A stretch of 64,000 nucleotides of DNA from Macrostomum lignano (Eukaryota). How positions within the stretch are numbered: the first letter of the stretch is position 1; each line of letters starts with the position of its first letter. The position numbers and the translations under genes were made by a program. The stretch covers positions 620,001-684,000 of the forward strand of contig NIVC01000158.1 of assembly GCA_002269645.1 (NCBI GenBank), read 5' to 3'. The notes beneath the pieces were generated by a model that was not told the DNA's origin, made no database searches, and was given only the letters and a program-made list of their open reading frames with translations. Shown one piece after another: positions 1 through 15,222 of this stretch.

Positions 1-759
1 CACAGAATCATAAGAACTGACACAGAATCATCAGAACTGACACAGAATCATCAGAACTGACACAGAATCATCAGAACTGACACAGAATTATCAGAACTGA
101 CACAGAATTATCAGAACTGACACAGAATCATCAGAACTGACACAGAATTATCAGAACTGACACAGAATCATCAGAACTGACACAGAATCATCAGAACTGA
201 CACAGAATCATCAGAACTGACACAGAATCATCAGAACTGACACAGAATCATCAGAACTGACACAGAATTATCAGAACTGACACAGAATCATCAGAACTGA
301 CACAGAATCATCAGAACTGACACAGAATCATCAGAACTGACACAGAATTATCAGAACTGACACAGAATCATCAGAACTGACACAGAATTATCAGAACTGA
401 CACAGAATCATCAGAACTGACACAGAATCATCAGAACTGACACAGAATTATCAGAACTGACACAGAATCATCAGAACTGACACAGAATTATCAGAACTGA
501 CACAGAATTATCAGAACTGACACAGAATCATCAGAACTGACACAGAATTATCAGAACTGACACAGAATCATCAGAACTGATACAGAATTATCAGAAGTGA
601 CACAGAATCATCAGAACTGACACAGAATCATCAAACCTGACACAAAATCATCAGAACTGACACAAAATCATCAGAACTGACACAAAATCATCAGAACTGA
701 CACAAAATCATCAGAACTGACACAAAATCATCAGAACTGACACAAAATCATTAGAACTG
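1..759. repeat. 20-bp minisatellite (CACAGAATCATCAGAACTGA)n, intronic in the HECT gene
   Basis: About 38 near-identical units read directly; lies just downstream of the GT donor at 802 on the minus strand. Confidence 0.97.
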
Positions 760-802
760 GCAGGCAGACAATAATGAAAAACATAAAAAATACATTAATC
801 AC

Positions 803-3575
<2,773 letters not shown>

Positions 3576-4149
3576 CTAGTTGGTTTAATCGAAATTTGTA
3601 ATTAATTTACACCTATAGATGGGCCAATAGTTACGTGGGCTAATAGATGTGCTAAATGCTAATAGTGTGAAAAGTTACCTATAACATTAATAGTAGGTGT
3701 GAGTACTGAAGGCCTAAGATGGTTAGCAGCTGTCAGTGAAGGATTAGTAGAAATAGGATTCTAAGAAAGGATTCTAAAAATCAATAACTCTGATTGAAAG
3801 AAAAATTTATCAAATAAAGAATAACTTACTGACAATAGACAGTTGAAATGCATTGTTGTCAGTTGCACTAGTCATTTTTAATACTCACTTAAATCTGGAA
3901 AAAGAGAATACAGTTAACTATTATGAAAAGACATGCATAGAAAGAATTGTTAATATCCAAAGCCTATAAACTAGCAGGATCTTATTGTATGATTTGTAGG
4001 ATTTTATTATAGTTAAAATAACATACAAATAAATATAAATCGGGTTAAAATCTTATAAAATAGATCTTTTGTAATGATTTTTATTATTAGTTGATAAAAA
4101 GTTTCTAGTATAAATTTGAATTTACAACTAGGTTTGTATATATGCCCAT

Positions 4150-4353
4150 TGTTGTGGGTGCGCGACCATACGTACTTAACTCTGTGTTCAGTTTGCGGCC
4201 CGTCGGGCACGTTGATTTGCGAAACGCGTTACGCAATAATCTAACATCCAATTTTTCTCACAGCGTGCATGTTAATATATAAATACAGGCCGTGGTCCGG
4301 CGAAACTCACTAAGTTTTTCTAGCAACCAAACCTACGCGTTCAATACACAACA
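4150..4353 (+). repeat. 5' LTR (204 bp)
   Basis: Matches 8310-8513 except C4210/T8370 and A4304/G8464; TATA-like TATATAAATA inside. Confidence 0.98.
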
Positions 4354-4354
4354 T

Positions 4355-4369
4355 TGGCGACGAAGATGG
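4355..4369 (+). promoter_or_regulatory. Primer-binding site TGGCGACGAAGATGG, tRNA-Ser-like
   Basis: Directly follows the 5' LTR. Matches the complement of the metazoan tRNA-Ser(GCU) 3' end as I recall it (TGGCGACGAGGATGG) at 14/15. Confidence 0.75.
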
Positions 4370-7300
4370 CAGACCTCAGTCTCAACCCACCAACGCCGTA
4401 CCTGGCTAGCCCGGGCGAGCCAAGCTGCCCGTGGCCAAGGTGGAAAAGTCAGTTCGCGATCTATTCAACAGCAACGGAACTGGACAAAACGTCGGAGGCG
4501 AGACAAATGGCCGTCCTTCGACACTGCCTCGGGCCGGAAGGCCAACGGCAGGCGGAAAGCGTGGAGGCGAACGACATGAAGAAGCTGCTCGAAGAACTGG
4601 ACAAAATTTTCGTGCCGAACAAGAGCGTCATCGGAGCTCGCTACAGGTTTCGGTGCAGGGAGCAGCGACCAGGGGAGCCGGTGCAGCAGTTCGTCAGAGA
4701 TCTGCAGCAGCTCGCGGCCGATTGCGCGTTCAAGGACCTGACGAAGGAGATGGTCCGCGATCAGCTTATCGAGAAAACGTGCATGCCACGTATCCGTGAG
4801 AGACTGCTGATGGAACCAGACGACCTGACACTGGAGAAGTCCCTGCAGCTTGCCAACCAAATCGAGACAGCCATCAACGAAGCCAAGGTCCTCAACGGCA
4901 CATCAGGGGCGTCTCAAAAGACTGTGCACGCCGTCTCAAAGCAGAAAGTCAGAGCCAAGCCCAAAACGCGCAAGGACAGCGAGAAGTGCAGGCGATGCGG
5001 CGGCGACTACAGCAAGGAGCACAAGTGCCCAGCAATGGGAAAAAAGTGCAACAACTGTAATAAGCCGAACCACTTTGCCGCTGTATGCCGAAGCAAGACG
5101 GTGGCAACAGTCGGCGAGGAGGTGAGCACCATCCTGCAAGTCGCGAACCAGGATCCGACTGCCGTCCACAACATCGAATGCGCGGTCCGCGACGAGCTGC
5201 TGACGCTGACGCTGGACAGCGGTGCCTCCGTGTCGGTGATCAGCATGTCCGACTTCCAGAGAGTTCGACGACACGCAACCAAGGGAAGCGGAACTCCAGC
5301 ACGGCTCGTGGCCTACGGCGGCTCGCACATCAGGACCTACGGGACAGCGACGCTCCCGATCACGTTCAAGGACAAGACGGCCTCAGTCTGTTTTCAAGTC
5401 GCAGAGGGCAGTTCAAGCCTTCTTGGGCGCTCCGACTTCCCGAAGTTTGGCGTGTCGCTTCAAATCAACCATCTCGGTGACGAGGGCTCAAAACCCCAGG
5501 ACAGCTTCAAGGACCTCTTCGGGCCAATCAGGCGAGCCAAGGGCATCGTGCACCGACCGAAGTTGAAACTGGATGCCCACCCGGTGATCCAGGCTCGCCG
5601 CAAGATCCCTCTCGCCATGAAGGAGGCGGTAAAAGCGGAACTTGACCGAATGGAGGCGGAGAAAATCATCGAGAAGATCAGCGCCAGTGCCTGGGTGAGC
5701 AACATGGTCATCGCCCCCAAGAGCGACGGTAGAATCCGACTCTGCATCGACCTACGAGACGTCAACAAGGCGATCGTCGCGGACGCCTACCCGACACCGA
5801 CTATCGATGAGTTGGCGGCCGAGTTCCGTGGATCACAAGTCTTCTCGAAGCTGGACATGAAGACAGGGTACCTCCAGTTCGAACTTCACCACGACAGTCG
5901 ATACCTAACAGCTTTTATCACGGACGAAGGCCTGTACCAGTTCTGCCGCGTCCCGTTCGGCCTCAGCAGCGCGGCAGGGTTCTTCCAGAAGGCCATGGCT
6001 CGCATCCTGCAAGGCCTGCCAGGAACGGTCAACGCAGTCGATGACATCCTGGTGCACGGCAAGACAAAGAAGGAGCACGACGACAACCTGAGCCGGACAC
6101 TAGAACGTCTTCGAGAGAACAACATCGTGCTCAACGATAAGTGCGTCTTCGCCCAACCGGCAGTGGACTTCCATGGTTTCCGCATTTCCGGCAACGGCAT
6201 CCAAGCGATCGACTCGTACGTGAAGGCAATCAAGGAGACGTCTCAGCCGAGTAACACCAAGGAGGCAGCTGCATTCCTCGGAGCGACAAACTTCTACAGC
6301 CGGTTCGTCCATGCCTACTCGGAAACCACGGAGCCGATCCGCCGGCTGCTACGCAAAGATGAGCCGTGGTCGTGGGGTCCAGAGCAAGATGGCGCTTTCC
6401 AGAAAATCAAGAGGCAGCTGACCATGGCGCCAGTCCTAAAGGCATTTGACCCCAAATCCGAGACAATCATCCGATGCGACGCCAGTGCCCACGGCATCGG
6501 CGCCGTGCTGGCACAGATACAGCTCGGCGAGGAGCACCCGATTGCCTACAGCTCGCGGTCCCTCACTTCACCGGAGCGGAACTACTCGGTCGGGGAGAAG
6601 GAGGCGCTGGCTGTCGTATGGGCGGTCGAGAAGTGGCACCTGTTCACCTATGGCCGGCCAGTGACCGTCTACACAGACCATAGCACGCTGAGCACTCTGC
6701 TGACCGCGGGCAGTCAAGGAGTCCGGCCGCTGCGCATCCTTCGGTGGACAGAGCGTCTTAGGGCATACCCCCTGGTGACCATTCGCTACGTGCGCGGCCG
6801 AGACAACACTATCGCCGACCTGCTGTCTAGGCAACAACCAAACGTCCAGGAGGATCCGCAGAGCAACACGGACGACCAGGAGATCGGCCGAATCCTGATG
6901 GCGCAGCTGGCTCCAGCAGTCAACCTGGACGAGGTGCGCCAAGAAACGGCCAGCGACAAAGTCCTGCAAGCGGTTTCTCGCTTCATCAAGGAGGGGTGGC
7001 CGGCGTCCAAACAACTGGCACCGGAGCTGCAGGCCTACTACCGCGCAAAGGACGAACTCTACCTGTTCGGCGACGGCTGCGTGGCTCGTGGCCAGGCTAC
7101 CGTCATCCCAGCTACACTGCAGAACCGGGTTCTCAATATGGCGCACGAAGGCCACCACGGAATTGTGCGGACCAAGCAGCGGTGCCGATCTGCAGCTTGG
7201 TGGCCCGGTATCGACAAGGACATCGAGTCGGCGGTGAAGGACTGTACGGCCTGCGCGCTGGCTGGCAAGGCGTCTCGACCAAGCGTTCCGCCCATGACGA

Positions 7301-8249
7301 TCACCAGCACGCCAGCAGGAGCCTCGAGCAACTCGATATCTGCGGAGAGTTCAGAGCGGCGCCGCGTCACCAGCGATTCGCGATCGTGCTCATCGATCAG
7401 TTTAGCCGATGGCCAGAAGTCGCGCTCGTAGAATCGGTCACAACCAAGGTAGTCGTCGACTTCCTCGAGGTCATCTGGTCGAGGTGGGGCATCCCGAAAA
7501 GCATCACAACCGACAATGGACCCCAGTTCGGCCGCGAGTTCGACGAGTACCTGGCGAGCCTGGCGATCGAACACAAGCGAACGGCAGTGTACTGTCCAGA
7601 ACAAAACGGCAACGTCGAGCGATTCAACCGCACTCTCGGCGAGGGCGTGACAGCGCACTTGGTCGCCGGGTGGAGCTTCTGCAAGGCCGTCCGAGCTGTC
7701 GTCGCGGCCTATAGGGCGACCCCAACGCACGTCACGGGTTCGAGTCCACACGAGCTCATGACTGGCCGACCAATGCGCACCCCGCTGCTCGCACTCCAAC
7801 CGGACTCGGAAGCCAAGCGGCCGACGTCGGCTCATGACCGGGTCGCCACGGCAAAGCAGCGAGCAAAGAGCGACACCGACCGTCGGCGGCATGCATCGGC
7901 GACGCGGACCGCGGTCATCCAAGACGGCTCCTGGGTGCACATCTCCAAGCCGGTGGCACCTGGCAAGCTGGAGCCGAAGCTCGCCGGGCCGTTCCGGGTT
8001 CGCAAGCGATTCAAGACAACTGTGCTGCTCGAAAACGGCAAGCGGTGGCACCTGCGGCGCTGCGTGCCGGCCGGACCGGGCAAAGGCAGCGACGACGACG
8101 GCGACGCGCAGCTCGACGAAGGTGGCGGCGGCCCGGAGGTGGATCCGCCAGGACCGCCTGATGATCTCGCTGGGGAACCGCCGGCACCCCTGCCGGTGCT
8201 GAGAAGGTCAGAGCGCGAGCGTCGCCCGCCAATGCGCTACCCGAACTGA
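4366..8249 (+). CDS. Gag-Pol polyprotein of the LTR element, interrupted by a -1 frameshift near 7320-7330 inside integrase
   Basis: Gag knuckle CNNCNKPNHFAAVC; protease LDSGASVS; RT ..LCIDLRDVNK..NAVDDILV; RNase H CDASAHGIGAVL; IN HHCC (HEGHHG..CTAC). The IN core (LDICG..LIDQFSRWPE..DNGPQF..NGNVERFNR) continues in the ORF ending at 8249. Confidence 0.93.
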
Positions 8250-8301
8250 ACCGTGTATGATGCACTGAACTGACATGCGATTACTTAGGGGAATCTCATG
8301 T

Positions 8302-8309
8302 GGGGAGGA
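8302..8309 (+). promoter_or_regulatory. Polypurine tract GGGGAGGA
   Basis: Immediately precedes the 3' LTR. Confidence 0.85.
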
Positions 8310-8513
8310 TGTTGTGGGTGCGCGACCATACGTACTTAACTCTGTGTTCAGTTTGCGGCCCGTCGGGCATGTTGATTTGCGAAACGCGTTACGCAATAAT
8401 CTAACATCCAATTTTTCTCACAGCGTGCATGTTAATATATAAATACAGGCCGTGGTCCGGCGAGACTCACTAAGTTTTTCTAGCAACCAAACCTACGCGT
8501 TCAATACACAACA
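8310..8513 (+). repeat. 3' LTR (204 bp)
   Basis: Direct repeat of 4150-4353, followed by TSD CCCAT. Confidence 0.98.
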
Positions 8514-10014
8514 CCCATGTAAATTAAAATTGAAGAATATGCTTAGACCTTGGTATTAGCCCCTATATAATTTTATACACTATAGCCTAGAGGGATTAGA
8601 GTTTTGCCATAACCACATTTTTCCCATATCTATATCTATAGACATATCTCAATTTTTTCCTATAGCCTATCTATATATTGTATCTGTATCCATAGTTATA
8701 AACTTTCTATAACTTCCTATAACTTTATTATTATGGTTGTAATGCCACCAATTAGCAATACTTGGCAAGAATATCACAAATGTCACAGAATGTGTCAGAA
8801 TATTTAGCAGAATGTATCTACAATGGCATTGGAGATAGGAAAAGGTAAAATTATTGATTTTGAAAATCTGATAGAAATGATTTAAATATTGAATAATACT
8901 AGATTGCTCATTCCATATAATCATTCGTAACTGATTAACTTATATTAATTAGAATGAAAGATTATTTTGTAAATATATTTATAGCCACCAATTAGACAAT
9001 AACTTGGAAACTAAGAATCTTATCACAACATGTACACTAGAACATCTTTAGTGAATCTCAGAATATTATAACATTATGCAGAATGTAACTCTACATTATG
9101 GCATTGGATGATAGGAAAAGGTAAAAGGTTCTTAATGATGAAAAATGTCCAAATTGAAATTGATCTACGAATCCAGATTGTAATATTGCACAATATTAAA
9201 TAGGCTTTAGGCAATAAGCAAAAATATTGACTTTTTTCTAGATCTTACAGATACAAATATTTCAATCAATAAGATGCCTATCTTACTACTTAACAATCAT
9301 TTGCCAATAGTAATAATTGATAGTTAAATTAGTTCACTCTATATTTAAATTGCTATCAAAGCAATTATAAATAGGAACTAACTTTCATTTTTCCATTTAT
9401 AAATAAAATATATTTAAGGAAACAAGGTAATAAAATATTTATATTCATCAAGATAGAAATTTCAAACAGCTATGAGCAAAATCCTTGCTATATTCATTGC
9501 AAGTTGTTTTATTGTTGCTGTTTTTTCAAAAAACTGCCACACAGATGAAGGCTTTTGGTGAAGCCACAAATTGCAATGATTAAACCTTGCCAATATAGAA
9601 ATAACTATCTATACTCGCTGCTAGAAGCACATTATATTTAATATTTAGCCCTATTCCTTTTAGTAACCTTCCACCAATAGGCTTGCATCTTTACTTCTTA
9701 TCCAAAGAATGGACCTAGACCAATATGCCAACCTTACTCTTCCAAGTTTGTAGGAATTAGTGCCCCTGAATCCATGTTCTATATACTTAATTTTCAATAT
9801 GCTTTATTTTTAAAAAGCATTTAAGGCTCCTAAAGTCCCAAAGCCTCCAAAAGCCCCATTATTCAATCTGAGCATAACATGCTTACAACTGCTCAAGTAT
9901 CCCTGCCTTTCTTCCAGATGTACCACATATTATCCCATCCTAAATTCTCTCCCTCACTTATGAGGCATAATTCTATAACTGCTAAAACTCTTAACTTTTC
10001 AAATAAAAAACTTT

Positions 10015-11114
10015 GGACTTCTTCAAGTTTATGTTGATAAAATACTTCCGATTTTTCAATTTTTCTGAAACTTGCGGTGGAGACTTATGGGGCACCCAAA
10101 ATTACAAAAATGCAAAAAAAAGTGTAGAAAGTTACCTGTACGGTTGATGCAATGACGATTTACTTGATTCCCTATTCTCTTAATGAGGTTCGGTGAAAAA
10201 AGTTTCTACAAATACATTTTTGAAAGTGTATCCACTTGACTTTTAATTTTATGGCACATGTGCTAGAACTTCATTAGGCCAATTAAAGATGAATATTAAT
10301 ATCTACAAATTAATATGCAAATGTTTTTTTTGTTTGCGGATTATAGTTTTTCAATTTAGTTATAATGCATTGACAGTGCCACGTCACTGTGTGCCTTTTT
10401 TTAAAAACTGCCACGTCACAATCCGCTCAATCTTTGCACTTGCACTTTCACTGCACCCAGCCAAAGCAACGTTCAAAACTCGCACTTGTATTTCGCACCT
10501 CAAAACCAACTACTGTACAAGGCTAGATTACTAATTCAATTGTATTAAGGCAGTAACAGCACTTAATTTCGGTAAGCAAATTCATTTCGATAAAGTTATG
10601 TTGATTCAAGTTTATGTTGATATAATTAAACAGAGATTCATTGTCAAATAAATTCCAACTTGTTTCAACCCCCCCCCCTATTAGAATTGGAATTTATCAA
10701 CACAATCTTGAATAGGTCTCTATGCCTCTATTCAAGTTTATGTTGATAAAATCAATCCCCATGAAGAATCTCCCCACCCTAAAAACCCCATTCCCTATGC
10801 CCCGGTGGTTGGTTTTAAGCTACAACCCCCCCCCCTATTAGAATTGGAATTTATCAGCACAATCTTGAATAGGTCTCTATGCCTCTATTCAAGTTTATGT
10901 TGATAAAATCAATCCCCATGAAGAATCTCCCCACCCTAAAACCCCCCATTCCCCATGCCCCGGTGGTTGGTTTTAAGCTACATATAATTGGGTTAAAGCT
11001 ACCTAAAAATGGAGCTCAAATTTGAAATCAGCACCATCAAAAACCCCTATAGAGACAAAATTATGATCCTATCCAAATTGAAACTATTTTATCAACATAA
11101 ACTTGAAGAAGTCC
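10015..11114. mobile_element. Non-autonomous DNA transposon, 1100 bp, perfect 30-bp TIRs, 8-bp TSD AAAACTTT (Merlin-like)
   Basis: GGACTTCTTCAAGTTTATGTTGATAAAATA at 10015-10044 and its reverse complement at 11085-11114; AAAACTTT at 10007-10014 and 11115-11122; no transposase ORF. Superfamily inferred from GG termini plus 8-bp TSD. Confidence 0.88.
10666..10981. repeat. Internal ~157-bp tandem duplication within the TIR element
   Basis: The block CAACCCCCCCC(C)TATTAGAATTGG...TTTTAAGCTACA occurs twice. Confidence 0.9.
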
Positions 11115-13469
11115 AAAACTTTTTAGTCTTTAGTCTTATAATTTTTATTTATCCCTAGGCCTAATGCTTTCCCTTCATTTATAAGTCACAATACAATACC
11201 AATATTTAACTCCTGACTTGCTTTAAATCTTTGCCACATATTAAAGTGACTATTGGATATTTCATTATTTGGATTGATTGTTAACTTTCTGGTTCTATTT
11301 CAAACCAAATACTTGGTTTAATTAATTCAATTTTGAATATTCTATATATTCATCCTACATTTCTACCCTCTATATCAGTATATGGCACCTTATGTCTATC
11401 AACTTGACTGCTTTTTGCCTATTTTTTCTCTTTCTATATTCCCCTCTTCCCTTTTTGTTTAATCTATTTTCTCTTACACTTCTCCTTCAAAACAAGCCTC
11501 CTAAATTGTCTGCAATCTAGTCTTCTTTATGCAGCTAATATTAGGTAGGTTTCTATCTAGCTTCATTCATTTTAACTTAAGCCCCCATCCCAACTACAAT
11601 ATAAATATAGTATCAAAAATATTTTTGAGTGCCAACCCTAGGAACTTAATTAGTTAATAACTCTTTTTGCATTGAAAAAAAGTATTCTTAAACCATAGTT
11701 AGAAAGAAAGCATGCATATCATAAATTTCTGGGGTATATTCAAGAAATTTGGCGTACATGTTGATGATTTTGGGCTTTTGGTGTACATGTTAAATATTTT
11801 GGTATTACATTCTACCATACCAGTTGAAAACAACGAATAAGTTGGAATAAAACAATTTCGTATCCTTCTCAGCAAATCTAAAAATATCATGCTTTCTGTA
11901 TATGCTAAACAAACCTATTTAAATCCGTGATACAACTGTAACTGGACAAAAAACGAAGTTAATTAAGTACGAGTTAATTAATAGGCGTAGTTGCGTATGC
12001 GGTTCAAATTCATCAATGAAGCGACCTTTTCTAGGAACGGCATTAAGTATGACGCGGTTCTACTGTTTTTATTCAATAAATTGATCTAGCTGCTTTAAAG
12101 CACAAATATATTTTATCTTTTAGTTTTAGGCTTTGTCTGGCTTTATTATTATTTAAAAAATATTTTGTTAGTACGGAACAGATTTTGAAAATATATTGTA
12201 CGGAATCTTTAGAGCAGTAAATTAAATCTTTCGCAAGTCATTTGAATATTGTATTTGAAAGTGATTTTAACCGTCATAGTTAAATTTCTAATTGCAGAGA
12301 TCGCGCAACAGCCAAGGCAACTTAAGTAGGCCTTAAAGGCGACGTTAAGTAGACAAATTGCCATACAGGTTTCACTGACTTAAGATCAAGACTTCGTCCT
12401 TTGCCGCATGCTGCGTGGTTTTTAGGCCACAATAATAAACTTGAGTGTATTATTGGCGCTTTATGGTTGAATGAAAAACTGATAAAGTTCATGCAGTAAT
12501 TCTCTGAGCTTTGGAGACATCATCTATAAGCCCTATAACAAAAGCAAGGACTACTACATGTAAACTATAACGAATTGTGTTCCTAGTGGTCCTTGTACAA
12601 AAGTACTCGACTTAAACGACTATGTCACACATCGATCTACAGACACTGGAGTAGGAAAGTTTCAAAAAAGTGGTGTGTGGCACAAAGGTTTTGTGGAATA
12701 AGTCACTGACAAAAATTAATTAAAGCTTCTAGTCTAGACTTTTCAGTGTTTGTGTAATTTCTTTGTAAAGTACATCGATGTATCGCGCATGTACATGTAC
12801 ATGTATTTGACTTTACATGGGCAATTATTTAACCGAACCATTTTGCCAAGGAGCTAGCTTTTTTTTTGTTAAAGGTTTTGTGCACTCAGGCGCACTTTGA
12901 GCAACATCTTCGATCGATCTCACGACCGGGAATTCAGCCGATGGTGCAGCAAAAGCAGAGGCGGCCAGGCCAGGGGTGTGGGCTCGCCGAAGACGTGGTA
13001 TTGATGAAGACACGGCGACGCCAGAAGCACTGTTGCGTGGCGAGATCAGATTTGCTGTCAGTTGCCAGGGCCGCTCTCGCGACCTAGACGTAGGCCCAGT
13101 TTGGCTACCAAGGAGACCGTCAAAGAGGTTGCGGAGGACTGCGTGAAGACATGGCCTGGCCTGTGTGCAGGCGAGCAGGCGGTGGCACCCAGCCAAAAAC
13201 GCTGAACAGGGTGAGGTGCTGGAATCGGCGGTTGCTGGTGTGGCGGTGGCGGACTTGGCAGCCCAAAATTCGTGGCTTGGAGCCACTATTAGCGGCAGTG
13301 AAGACCTTTTTGTAAACTGAAATTTAGAATTTTTTAGTTAACACTCGACTACTCAACAAAAATTCGACCCTCGAAGCACTGAAACTCGGTCAAGTACTCG
13401 ATTCGACTAAAATCCATTGCTCGTCGGTCTCTATAATACGAAGACAATCTTACAGGTACACACTTACAC

Positions 13470-13660
13470 AGGGGTGTGCAACGGCCTTAAGTTTATGTAG
13501 GCATGTACACTTCAAGCTGTGCCTCTCGGGTGTTTGCCCTCAAGGGCGTCAATATTGCTCGAGCAGACCCAAGCCGAGATTAAAATTTAGCCCCCAAATT
13601 AATGCGACTGCACTGGGAATCGAGCCTGGGCCGCTGGCACATCAGAGCACTAGGCTACAG
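13470..13660 (-). mobile_element. SINE-like family 2 copy
   Basis: Minus strand has a B-box-like GGCTCGATTCCC, then TTAATTTGGGGGCT and GTGTACATGCCT..GGCCGTTGCACACCC, shared with 34545-34690 and the shorter copies. Confidence 0.6.
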
Positions 13661-15222
13661 CCGTCAGATACATGCATTGTACGAATTGTACTATTGTACG
13701 AATAGCGAGCCACTGTACGAGAGCGTATGTAAAATTGCATTAAGCTTGTGCATTGCAAATGAAAAAAAACTAGCTATTTGAATGGTCGAACGAATACCTG
13801 ACCGAAATCAGCTATAGGAAAATATTCATATGTGAGAAAACTGATAACTCATTTGTTTATAGAGACAGGCGCTTGCAAAAACATCGCAATGTTATCGCCT
13901 GTTGACAGTTGATGGCAGTTTTTTCCAAGAAGGGGTATGTGGTAGCTGAGACTCGAGAGCATAACATTTGTCTATGGCCCACCCATATGTCGGCTGAACG
14001 TGGGTGTAATGTAAAACAACATATTTGTCATAGACGTCTATAGACGTCGTCGGATTGCTTTACATGTAGGAGCACTCTGCAATATTTGTGTAATATCTCA
14101 GTTGCTGAACACTTCACTTTTCTGCATAGGGTTGGTGACGACGATTATTGAATAGCAAGCATCGACAATAATTTATGAGCGATTTTACATGACACACAGT
14201 TGCATTTACAGCTTCATTTAGATTTCTATCGTACAGGAGGGCCCAATCCAAAGCTGATGGTAGCTGAGGGAACTTCCCCAATTGCAGTTCCAGCCGAGTC
14301 AGAGGAACTCGCTTCGGTCCTGAGGCTACTTCGTATGACCGTTCTCTTTTTTCCCCTATCTCTGCGCCTGCATGGATCTCCTCTTCCTAGCTCGCCGCCT
14401 TCCCGATGGAGCCCTCAGGCTGCCTTCGCCTCCTCTCTCTCTCTCTGCTCCACTCTTTTTTATGTTGGCCGCCTCAGGCCGTCTTGCCGCACAAGCACAG
14501 AGGGGGAATATGAAAAGGGGCGAGTTGGATTGTGTGGTGGCTGGGCGCTTTAATCATCTCGGCCTCTGCACCGAGCGCGCACAATGCAAGGCGCTGCATA
14601 CATGGGAGAAATCGGAGAGATGGATGTAGAGGCGAGTGCGCGAGATGGAGGATCCTGGCCCGGGGGCGCCTTAATTTTATCATGATAATGTGGCCCCTCG
14701 GGCAATCCCGGGCTCACCCATCGTCTCCCCCTCCTCCTATATATAGAACACTGGCTGGATTGGGAGAGCCGCTCTGGGTAGGGCCCCGGGGGCACCCCAT
14801 GGCCCGGGTTTGGGAGGTTGCTTAGGCCTCCCATTCCTCTTTGCACCCCTTCCCCCCAGCTCCGGCTAAGTGAAAGCGCACGGGAACCTTGAGGCGATTC
14901 GGAGAAGCGAGGGGAATGGGAATGAGGTGGTTGGGGAGGAGGCAGCGGAGGAGAGGAGGTGGGACGCGTCAATTCAAGAGTTGTAGCCGGAGGCCTCGCT
15001 TCAGTTCTAAGGCTGCAGGCTGCGAGGCCCCTCCCTGCAGTGCCGTCCGTTTCTATAAAATCCCTCCATCTCTCGACATCCCGAGGGCACCATCCAAGGC
15101 TCCCCTCTGGTCTCTTCCGGCACTCTTTGACATTTTCCAAGCTCGACTAGAGTTATCTCTATCGTCCTGTCTGCGTCTTCGTCCGGTGTTGTTGGAAAAT
15201 TTGCTTCTTCAAAACAACATCG

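Larger units (their letters stand above)
4150..8513 (+). mobile_element. Full-length Ty3/Gypsy LTR retrotransposon (Mag-like), 4364 bp, TSD CCCAT
   Basis: Two 204-bp LTRs (TGTTG...CAACA) differing at 2 sites; CCCAT at 4145-4149 and 8514-8518; PBS, PPT, and domain order gag-PR-RT-RH-IN. Confidence 0.98.

Noticed and set aside
7300-7345. Programmed ribosomal frameshift in pol
   Set aside because: The position inside integrase is atypical and no slippery heptamer is visible; more likely an indel or a sequencing error.
12600-13433. Complete hAT-type transposon
   Set aside because: Only one plausible terminus (TAGAGACCGACGAG on the minus strand); no matching inverted end, TSD or transposase motif found.
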